In this document: piece by piece, positions 27,301 through 37,634 of the stretch
How the letters are laid out: each line of letters starts with the position of its first letter
Position numbering within the stretch: the first letter of the stretch is position 1
NCBI GenBank assembly: GCA_900617105.1
Contig: UYFQ01000265.1
Span: 1-64,000, forward strand
DNA from: Hydrurus foetidus
Taxonomy: Eukaryota
Length of the DNA stretch: 64,000 nt
Direction: 5' to 3'
Translations under genes and position numbers: made by a program
The notes under the pieces: generated by a model
What the model was told of the DNA's origin: nothing
Seen by the model: only the letters and a program-made list of their open reading frames with translations
Databases searched by the model: none

Positions 27301-29013
27301 TCAAATTCGAAAATAATTTCCATTTTTTTATATCAAAAAGTGAATTGAATTTTTTATTTCCTGGACCTTGGACTTGTGGATTCCTAGAACAAAGTCCGTC
27401 AACTAAAGATAGAATCCATTTTTTGACTTTTATTTTTAATGCAAATTTCAAATTACTTTTTTCCACTGACTGAGAACTAGTTCGATATATTTGATGTTTT
27501 TGTTCAATCACTGTGACAAACTTTTTCTGCCGAGAATTAAATCGTAATGAAGATTTTTTCCGTAGAAAAAGTTCTTGAATTTCTTCTGCTCTGTATCTTT
27601 TCCTAATGACGTTAAGCTCCCTACATAGTGAGACAACAAAGGAAGTTTATTTTATCCTCAATGATGATAAGTAAATATATTGTTTTCAAGAATAACTTAC
27701 ATCACTTTTGCGGAGGAAAAGTAAAGTACTTACGATTATAAAAGTTACGCGTACAAGAACAAAAGTGAGCGAAAAAATAATTATAGAGTGCTTATATTAG
27801 TAACTTCGAAAACTTAATAAGTTTTTGTATGGTAGGAACGAAACAAAAAAAACGCATGACGTGGACTTAATTTTTCTGCGATGGTCTACATACAGAGAGA
27901 GATCAAACAAATCTGCGAGATACAGCAAAGTAATCAAAACAGACTAAAATTCATACTGTCGTACCAATTTCTGCAGAGCAGCATGGTTTCTGATTGTTTC
28001 ATAGGCCTCTTGGAGTCATGCAAATAGCATCTCGAATTGGATCCTGAACGAAAAATGATAAGTGTTTAAACGTACTAAACATAATTTCAAATTTCATTTT
28101 CCTATCAAAGCATATAGTCTCGTCTCTTGATATTGTATTTCTCTCCTAGCTTCCTATGTAAACTTATTTAGTACGTGATTACCGGAAGACCAGCATCCAA
28201 AACACATCGAGACTTGACTTTGATTCTGATTTAAATTCTCATTACCACTGTGAAGCTCGCCATACTTCTTGTCTCTTTCTCTATTAACATCAGTATGATC
28301 AACATTTTTAATAGATAGTTCGTCAAAAGTCAAGCTTTTCTCCACTGTCTTTGTTTTACTGTGCATTTTTGTATATTTCCTATTCACTGTTGTCGATCCG
28401 TGACCGTCTTCAGCAACTATGTCTATATTGATCAGAGAATCGGACAGACTGGAGCGCTGCTTCGGCAAAGGTCCAACCATAACTGCTACCATAGGCCTTC
28501 GCGATCTATCAATTTTGAAGTGCTCTCTAGGGATAGAGAAAGGGGAGGAGAGATACTGCTGCCGTTGCATAGACAAAAAGGGGTCGAAGGGAGCGTCGAT
28601 CCATTTACTGTTGGCCATTACAGATGAGACTGAATCAAAGCGAGTGGTCAATATTGCATCTGATCAGCAGAATATCAGTAAGTTTTCGAATTTTTAGTCG
28701 TTGTCGTTAGAGGCATATAGATCATCTCGCGGATGCAGCTTGTCTGAAAGAAGGCAACGATCGCACCTAGCACGGTGTTACGAAGTTGTGGTTTGAAGAA
28801 TCCATCCGGCGCAATTAAATTTGAGCGAGGCATTAACCTCTCCAGATTGAGAATCTTCTCAACATGTAATCTGGCATCTTTTTCTTTTCCCTTTTCAATC
28901 ATGTCATCCGATTCTATAGAAAGGGTTGTCTTGCCGTGAAGCTTGCCTTCATATATCTTCACTTCTTTGTTTTCCATGCTGACGAGAGATGTCACCAGTT
29001 TCGCGATGTGCAC
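18392..29013 (-). CDS. Large multi-exon protein with a Cys/His motif, a WW-like domain and C-terminal ankyrin repeats
   Basis: Spliced reading gives CFGCWS..RCYLH..LLCRNW (~28200-27620) and QEFKTDDGVPYWYHR|GTGQTYWEKP (WW-like, ~23490-23150). The last exon has ankyrin motifs GNTVLHVVVQNG and GQSVLHFAFGFG. The 5' end and several internal exons are approximate. Confidence 0.65.
19260..19445. repeat. (TAA)n degenerate microsatellite in intron
   Basis: Directly visible; it produces spurious poly-N and poly-I ORFs. Confidence 0.95.
21755..21870. repeat. (CATCA)n degenerate pentamer repeat in intron
   Basis: Directly visible. Confidence 0.85.
22725..22818. repeat. (GGGA)n repeat, read as CCCT on the sense strand near a 3' splice site
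   Basis: Directly visible. Confidence 0.9.
26771..26854. repeat. 23-bp minisatellite, about 3.6 degenerate copies
   Basis: GTACGTACGGATTTGAAGAATAA / GTACGTACGAATTTAAAAAGTAA / GTGCGTGTGGATTTGAAAAATAA / GTACGTGTGGATTAG. Confidence 0.85.
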
Positions 29014-29631
29014 CTTTGAGGAATCGATAGATTAAGATTGGAAGTTAAAATTAAAGCCACCTCAACTCTCAACTCAGACTCGACTGCAGAAAAGTTCAGT
29101 TTCTCGCTGATGCGGAGAAAAGACACTGTTTAGTGGAGTATATAATACAAAATACAAATTTCCTGTTTTGTTCCTGAAACTTGGATCATCGATTGTCGAT
29201 TGTAGGAGAGGAGTACAAAAACCTCTTTTGAAAAATGTTTTCGATTTTCGGTTTTGGGGTAGGTTTTGACGTCGACAATTTTCGTATATGGGCGACGTTT
29301 GTACCGTTGAGAAGCAACCTCCTCCTTCCTCCTCCCTCGGCTCCTCGCTCTCGATATTGTATATTGAATAAATAATACAGAAGTGATATGGAGACATGAG
29401 ATAAAATACTTCTCCGTACTGTGTCAAGCCGTCACAAGGATATGGAATAGAAGTGACACTTCCATTCACTGAACTTTTAGAAAAGATGGGAGAGACAATT
29501 TTAAAATCTCTCATCCGTTTCCAGATGACACTAGGAAGAGCAGTTTAATGGTGCTAGTTAAAATTATGTTGGGGAGGAAGTAAGCGAAAACGCGTGATGA
29601 TAAACCGACAACAACAGGGACTGAGTAAACG

Positions 29632-32621
29632 ATGTCACTTGCATCTACCGCTCTCTCCAAGAAAGTCGTCTCGCTTCTCTATCTTTTGAGCGTTGTGAGA
29701 TGTTTTGATAAAATAGTTGAGTCTGCTGAGGTCGTCTTTAATCTGAAGGTTGGCCTGTATGTCAACAATTTTCTATCGAATGGTTCCGTGAACTACAACA
29801 GTGCTCAAAGTCTCGCTGGGTTTCTTCTTGCCATCGACGAAATCAATCGAAGTCCAATATTAATGCCGAATGTCCACATGATGGTTGCTCTGCGGGGCGG
29901 CATCGGAGCATACGGTGCAATTACTGCCGCACAATCGTTCGTGACCGCGAATTTTTCTGTCGGGGCTGATGGACGCAGGGTTTCTAATTCGATGTTTATC
30001 CATGACAATCCAATCGGAGTGGATGTTATCCTCGGTGCAGCCGAGAACACTGAAACTCTGCAACTCAATCAGATTCTGGACTACTTTAAAATCGTCCAGC
30101 TTCACACAGTTGCCACGGCCTCAGATCTGACATACGATATGAAGTACTCGTACCAAGTCGGGGTGACTCCAACTACTTCATTCGATGGGGAGGCGCTACA
30201 GTATATTCTATGTAAATATTTCGGCATGAAAAAGATCGCCATATTCGCCACAGACGACAGTGACGGCCAGGCGTCCATTGATGAAATCACTGCTGAAACG
30301 TACTGCAGGATAAGTGTCCTCGCAGCAGAGACGATATCAAGTTCGTCAACGGACTTCACAGATCAAATTGAAAATGTCATTTCGAGCGGAGCCACTGTGT
30401 TCGTGTTGTTCGTTCCTGCAGTGACTGCTGCCCTTATTCTGGAGCAAGCCTACGACTTAGGAATGCTCTCAGTGGGCACGCAGGTCATCGGAAACTCTCT
30501 CGTCACGGATAGTTCGCTATGTGCCAATTTCAAGAATCCCAGCAACACGAAGAATATCATGAGAGGATTCATAGGAATAAAATACTCACCGAAGCATAAT
30601 ATTCACGCCACAGCAGTAGGCAGAAATTTCGTTGATCGTTACCGCCAGCAAGCAGATACAGTGACTGTGAGCAACTCTGGCATATTGACATGTCCCGATA
30701 CGAGAGATGACACGAGGGAGTTTTTATTTAAATCGCAACAACCGGATATCAAAGGAGCTGTCAAAGATTGTTCCGGATTACAATTCTCACGATTTCTTCC
30801 TAACGGCACTAATATGTTTCCCTACACTGCGCATGCGTACGATTCTGTTTATGCTATATCACAAGGAATTACTCGTATACTTCAAGAAGGGGGGAAAAAT
30901 ACTATAAATGGGGATTTATTACGCTCAACTATTGTAGGAAATGTTTCTTTTACTGGCGTAACCGGTGCTCTCAGATTTCATCAAGCATCAGCAGAATCTC
31001 TATTTTTTGCACTAGGAAACAGAGAGGTCGGTCTGACGTATTATTTATACAATTTCAATGACGCACTCTACGACAGTTCTGATGGTGCGGAATGTTTTGC
31101 ATTGGTGAATAATTGGTCCACAGAAAGTGATTTTGTTGTTCCCTGTACTGATGCCGACTATGATGCAACTCTGGGGGGACCTTGCATCTCTGGGTTTACG
31201 TACAGAACGGTTGGTAATGTTGTACCCAGTGATACACCAGCTGAGATTGATGTCGATTTGCCGGTAACAATTTCGCACTTTTTATTCACAATTGGATCCA
31301 TTGCTCTTTTATTAATCACAATATCCTTAGGAATTGTGATTAAATTCAGAAAAAGTCGGCTTATCAGAGCATCTCAACCATGTGTGTTGTATATGATACA
31401 CGGGGGATGTCTTTTGGGTGGGGTCAGAACGATTATAGGGGGCCTTCCTTATTCCGACAATTCCTGCCGTGCGAATTTTTTCCTAAGCCATTTTGTGTTC
31501 TGTATAATATACAGTCCATTTATTGCGAAAATTTGGAGATTACAAAAAATATTTAATAATAAAACACTAGTAAGGGTGAAATTTCCTTGGCGTCTTATTT
31601 TTATCTATACGATGTCAGTAGTATTTACTTTTAGTTTATTTCTTATGATAGCAACCATAGTTGGCAATCCTCACATATCAAGAATACCCATTATTAACGC
31701 AAATAGGGTGACTAATATAATTTTTTGTGACTATCAAATTATTGGATTCCAAACATCTTTATATATCCTCGAGGGGGCAGTTATACTGTACAGCTATTTT
31801 TTGATATATAAAATCGCAGACATACCAGACCCCCTGGATGAAATCAAATTTTACACAACAGGTTAGATGTCACCGATTCTTCGTAGGTCGCATCTCGTTT
31901 TCATCAATTCTTATTTAATTTTTTCTTTTTTCTGCTTCCTTATTTTAAATTTTTCTTTTCTCTGTCTTTTAATCTTTTTTCCGCATCTACTTAGCTTTTT
32001 CCTGATCGTTATCTTTTTTTATCCTCATACTTTTGACTACTTAAATCTCAACTGCATATCCTGTAATCCATTTTGACTCCACTACTCATTGATGAAATAT
32101 ACCTCGTTCTAATCGCTTTTTCATTACCGTACATTACAGCCATGATATCGACAACGATCGTACTTCTCCTTATAATCATCGTAACAAAAATTATCCACAT
32201 TCCAAATGGTATTGCTGTACTAATAAATGGTATCGGATTCGGTGCTGTTTCAACAGCGGTTACAGGAATCGTATGTATACCGAAATTTGAGAAATTGTAT
32301 TCGAATACAGAATTACGTTTTATTGATCATGATAAATCAAATCCAGTCCAAGAAAGATTTGAAAAAATGGTTAAAAAATGGAAAACAAACAAATCGGTAA
32401 CAGCAACAGCACACCAAATTGTATACTACAAAGAATTATGTCAAAAATCGTATACCGTAAGTATAGCAGAATGCCGCGCTGAAATTTCAAAATGGCACTT
32501 ACTTCGTATGGAAATTAATGAAATGGATGATCGTAGTCAGTCATCAGCGGGCTCTCAATCGTTTAGAGGGAGGCTGGCTGTATCTATTTCAGTAGCTGTT
32601 GCTCAGCCAGATAATATGTGA
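29632..32621 (+). CDS. Class C (GABA-B/glutamate-like) GPCR with Venus-flytrap ectodomain and 7TM domain, 2 exons
   Basis: Exons 29632-31861 and 32140-32621 (phase 1). Signal peptide; ectodomain motifs LAIDEINRSPILMPNV, AHAYDSVYAI and FTGVTG. Family-3 7TM signatures RLIRASQP, AKIWRLQKIFNN, IPDPLDEIK and CIPK. Confidence 0.88.
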
Positions 32622-33705
32622 AATACAACATAATATATTATATGTATGTAATAAATGTGAAATATCACATTTATTACATATCATGTTACTTTTTCTACAT
32701 CGCTATTATTCGGATACTGAGAAAGTACGAATATCCTTGTTAATTTGGCATGCAAAATCGATATCTTCCTTTTCCTGTGACAAAAGAATCAAAAATTCTT
32801 TTTTTATATTATTTTTAACTCTTAGTTAGTTATTTTCATATTATCCAACATTCGGATCATATGGGTTAAATCATCGATTTCTGTCTCGAAATTAATCACA
32901 CAGATTCATCGAATACGATTTCAAGTGCACTTTCGTTCACTAATTATTTTTTACGTTTAGTTAATGAAATATATTTTTTTCGACTTTATTTCTTTTCTTT
33001 TTGGCGTGTAGAAGAGAATAGAAAAAAAAAGGAACAAGAATCTGAGAGCCCACTTCGATGCAGACTTCATCGGCATCATATCTTCTGACCTTAAGGGTAA
33101 CGTAATAGTACCGCATCGTGTTCTGGTGACGTCACCATTGAATATTCCGCATAAAATCGGAGCAGACACCTATTCTGAAGAATTTTGGTCTATGTTCCGG
33201 GCTCGCATTTTAAGATCGGATAAGTGAGAAGTGTCTAGCTCTAGCCCTCCTCTCTCGTCTCGTCTCCTTTGGAAATCCTGCAGTGCCGTGCAGTGCGGTG
33301 CGGTGGAGTGACACGATGACACACTGTTTCTGTTTTCGGCAAATTACATAATTACAAAAACGTGTTACACTCATCAAACTTAACTCTCTGTGATGGGTCA
33401 ATGATGCCTAATGCCCGTACAATGGTATCATCTGACTTATCCTCACCAGATAATATATCACAACTGTTAGTCACCGAGCAAAAAAGTGACTTTGAGGTGA
33501 GGTAAGATCTCCTCTCTCATCAATCACATACATCGGATTTCATGTCCGGTATAAGATGAAGAATAACAGTAAAGATAGATTATTTTTATTTGGAGATTCA
33601 GGATTCAGTGTAATATATGATATCTACTTGTTTCCTATTTACAATGTGTTCAATCTAAGCACTTGGACATTTCTATATTACAGAAAAAAAACAAGAATAA
33701 ATACA

Positions 33706-34944
33706 TCACAAATCAGCAAAGAATTTCTCTGACGCTGATGGCAATTTTTTCCGCGCTCCTTTACCGTTATTATCATCATCATCGCTGTCATCGCTATCAG
33801 ACATTGGAGTCGACTCTTGTGACATGTCTTCCCAATGCTCTTCACCTTCATCTTCACCTTCTTCCTCTCCTTCATCATCCTCCTCACCATCTGCATCATC
33901 ATCACCAGTTACCTCCATTTCATCGCTGTCCTCCACTTTTGCTGCACTCTTTGCTTTGGGCTTTCCATCAGACTTAGCTGTCCCCTTTATGCCATCGTCC
34001 ATATCATCACCGTCATCATCATCGTCCGCAAACATTGATATATCCCAGAATCGTACAGTTTCGTCGTGAGCAAAGCTGCCAAGAATTCGGTTGTCCCTGC
34101 TGCATCTCATTCCCTCAACAGGAAAATCTTCGTGGTCGCCAATAATACCGAGAACTTTGTTCGGTTGTAAAGCAACAACTCGAATGAGACCATCGCTAGA
34201 ACCGGTTAGCACAGTGCTCTCATCCAGTTTCAGAAGACAATCTACTGTCTCTGGATGTCCAGGAAATCGGTCGGAGCAGTCTCCCCAGCGTCCCCATGAG
34301 AAGTAAAGAATGACACCGTCCTGTGTACCACATATGACCTTTTTGCCACCTTTCATGACCATCACACATTGAAGTTCTGCCTCCTGATCATCAGAACGGT
34401 TTGTATTCTTTTGCTTCCGAAGGTCATAGGTGCACAGCGTTGCATCGCCTCCGACACTCAATAGCGTATTCGCGTCAGAGTTGAACGCGAAACCAGACAC
34501 GAAATCTTCATGAAGATTCCATGCCATCACCTCCTTTGCGGATGTTCTCATGTCCCATAACTTTACGCAACCCCCATCGTCTCCCGTTGCTATCATTAGT
34601 CCACCTTCAGATAACGATATCATCTTGTTGATGGGATCATCATGGGCATCAGGAATGTTGAGAAAAGTTCTTCCGATTCCATCAATCCCAAGAATCGACT
34701 TGTCCGATGAAATTGTGTATAGCCTTTCTCCGTCATCCGTGAACATAACTCCTCTGCAAGATGCAGAGTGAACATTCTTGCAGTTGAGCATGACTTTGCA
34801 TTCATTTCCAACTTCATACTTGTATACTTCTACCGAGCCATCGATTAGTCCAACAGCCAAAGCATCAACTCTTGGATGAAATGATATATCGAATATTTGA
34901 TCAGGGCACCTGATCTCATCAGGGACAGGCGCATCACCCTCCAT
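33706..34944 (-). CDS. WDR55: WD repeat protein WDR55/JIP5
   Basis: Motifs FDISFHP, ATGDDGGCVKLWDMR, SDDQEAEL, DCSDRFPGHP and TGSSDGLIR, an acidic tail and terminal FFADL. Intronless. Confidence 0.9.
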   Translation of the reverse strand: MEGDAPVPDEIRCPDQIFDISFHPRVDALAVGLIDGSVEVYKYEVGNECKVMLNCKNVHSASCRGVMFTDDGERLYTISSDKSILGIDGIGRTFLNIPDAHDDPINKMISLSEGGLMIATGDDGGCVKLWDMRTSAKEVMAWNLHEDFVSGFAFNSDANTLLSVGGDATLCTYDLRKQKNTNRSDDQEAELQCVMVMKGGKKVICGTQDGVILYFSWGRWGDCSDRFPGHPETVDCLLKLDESTVLTGSSDGLIRVVALQPNKVLGIIGDHEDFPVEGMRCSRDNRILGSFAHDETVRFWDISMFADDDDDGDDMDDGIKGTAKSDGKPKAKSAAKVEDSDEMEVTGDDDADGEEDDEGEEEGEDEGEEHWEDMSQESTPMSDSDDSDDDDNNGKGARKKLPSASEKFFADL

Positions 34945-35297
34945 GTTGCTTCGGAAAACAATCTGAATTTCTGCCTCTAAGATATCAATGATGCCGCACG
35001 TCACACTTATGGTCACCGTAAGCTGAGCTGTAAGCCAGTGGATGGGGAAGGCCGGAAGCCGGAATGCCCTATGACGGTAAGGTATCTATCCGGAACTCAT
35101 ATGCGGTGATTCATGCTCTGCTCTCTGCTCTCTGCTGTCTGCTGTCTGCTGCTCTCCTCTCTCCTCTCTGCTACCTGCTACAGACGAGAAGGGAAGCTGC
35201 AAATCCAATTTACCTGCAGATTATTCGCGTTCGAGGCTGGGGGCCAGTGGTGGACGACCACTTTTTGCTGCTATCACCGATCACTTCCTCTACGGTC

Positions 35298-36610
35298 ATG
35301 GTGATGGATAAGCGAATATTCATGTTGGCCATCAACATGGCTTGCATCCTGTGCTTTAGACAGCCTTTTCTAACCACGCGGAGACTCTCAACGGCAATGT
35401 GCAGACCATACATGAGCACTTCGGAGATGCCAAAGAGTCCTCGTGATGACTCCAGAGAAATAGTGCCGGCTGCACTGCAAATGCTTTCAGTTATGCTTTC
35501 GCCGCAAGTTGCGAACGCTTTAACAGAGGATATAGCGAGTCCAAAATATAAAAGAGGCCTGCTTAATCTACCCAATCCGCTCATTGATGACTTCTGGTAT
35601 CCTCCTTTCTTAATTGGACGATGGAACACAACCATGAAGTTTGCTGGTGCGAACTTCACGAACCTGATACCGATAGAGACACTAGCTCAAAATGATAATC
35701 TTCCCGGCTTTTCGAAATACTCGGTAATATTTGCTCCTGATATGGGTAAAGAAATAAAGGACATGACGCTTCGATGGGCTCAGATTGACTCTCATCCAAG
35801 GGAAGATCACCCATTCAATGTGCGATCACTTATAACAGCATTTCTTCCAGACGCTGTTGTTGATTCAGCTCCGTATAGCTTTCAAAAGGCTCCCGATTGG
35901 TTTCACTCCCCTGCGAATAGGTGGACAGTGAAGTACCATGATACATTGGGAGAAGGCACTGTTGAACTGTACACTGTAAAGAGAGAGTTAGAGGTTTTTG
36001 CAGGCACAACGGAAAGTTCGGAGTTTATTCGACAGGTGCGTGCCTTTAGAAAAGCAAAACATACAGTGCAACAAAAGATTGCTTGCACCGCTCTAATCTT
36101 GTTATCACAGCTTAAAAAAGCAGCAGTTCTCAAGAATCCTGCAACCATATTATAATTTTTCTGATATCTTAAAATCCTGATGATCGTTGTTGTTATTGTT
36201 GTAAATCTGACTCTAAACAACTTTCTCGACAGATTCACACAAGAAGAACGTATGCCCCTGATAGCGATACTAGCGGTCAAAAGAAGTTCCTAGGAAAACC
36301 GAAGGTCGTATATAGCGATTACACTCTAAATTGGAAGTTTTCTGCGGAAGCTTCTCTAAGAGACGAATTCGTGACTGTCGAAGATCTTAGGAAAACGAGA
36401 AAATTATTTGGAGAATTAAATGTTCTGGTATATATACAACCATCGAATGATCTGTATTTTAAAATCCCAGGCGCACCTGCTGGTGTTTTTACATATGATA
36501 TAGTTATGGATAGGATAGGGGATGAGTTTGACGAGACAGAGAGAACGGTCTATCCTTTCGTGTGGCGTGATGTCGGTCCAGTTGAACTTGACAAATATTT
36601 CGGATATTGA
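35298..36610 (+). CDS. Putative plastid or thylakoid-lumen protein, DUF6816-like, 2 exons
   Basis: Exons 35298-36035 and 36233-36610 are in phase. The signal ends ILC|F, and a second hydrophobic stretch ends VANA. The motif WYPPFLIGRW recalls DUF6816; this assignment is from memory. Confidence 0.55.
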
Positions 36611-36825
36611 GAATTCCCCTGTATTGTTACTAATCTTTTTAATCGGTTGCATTTTTTAAAGCTCAGAGCTATTCTTTCTTTTTGCCGTCTAGGGCATCAG
36701 CCAATCTCAATTTTATATGGAGGCAACATACTTCTGTCCTTATTTGTACATATGTATGGAAAGCATATGCACATACGCACGTTAACTATCCTACTTATAG
36801 AAAGGCTTAAATAGGCTCATTACGT

Positions 36826-36950
36826 TAATAGGCTTATTACGCATTTGCATAAATAGGCTTATTACGCATTTGCATAAATAGGCTTATTACGCATTTGCAT
36901 AAATAGGCTTATTACGCATTTGCATTAATAGGCTTATTACGCATTTGCAT
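36826..36950. repeat. 25-bp tandem repeat, 5 near-identical copies
   Basis: (W)AATAGGCTTATTACGCATTTGCAT x5, contiguous with no spacers; a partial degenerate copy lies at ~36809-36825. Confidence 0.95.
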
Positions 36951-37634
36951 ATATAAGTGTTGATGCCGAAGTCGCATCATACTCTAAGTAGCTGTAATAT
37001 TGTTGTCATGATGAAGTGCGAAAAGCAACAACAGGCGCTGCGTAATGCCGCTACATGGTGTTCTGTGTTGCAAGTTGCAACTTCTGTGACCCTGAGGGAT
37101 GCAGATGTCATCTCCCTGAAACTGAAACTTTCTCAAATTTCCATATGAATCATTTCGAAGAAAAGTTCTGGACCATTTTATCCTGCTAAATTTATTCGAA
37201 GGTCATCATATCAAGAGATAAAAACCTTTACGAAAATATTTCCGTTGCAAAAGTGGGGTGAAGATTCGAGAGAAAAGTCTGTTAATTTCAATTTTTCAGA
37301 AATATCGTTCCAGGTGATGTGCAATGCGTCGTACAGTGCTGTGTGTCTACTATTTAAGAAGTGCTACATTTCACAAAAATTAAAGTACATCATACAAACA
37401 ATTTTACAAAATACAGAATACGTGATACTTGATTTATCAAATCCGGTGAATTCTACAGGGCAACAATTTTGATATTAAAAAGTGTGACGTGCGTTTGGCG
37501 TATTTGACAGTACAGACACTATACTAGATAGATTTTATCACGTCTAAACTGGGACAAATGTCGGTACTGACAAGTGCGTAATTTTTGTTTTAACTACGGG
37601 GGCTGGGTGGTGGGCATTATTTTTGTGATGGACA

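Noticed and set aside
28660..28770. Apparent frameshift between ORFs 28675-29013 and 28154-28651
   Set aside because: Resolved by a canonical GTGCGA...CTGATCAG intron giving VLDAILT.
36826..36950. CRISPR array
   Set aside because: The repeats are contiguous with no spacers, there are no cas genes, and the context is eukaryotic.
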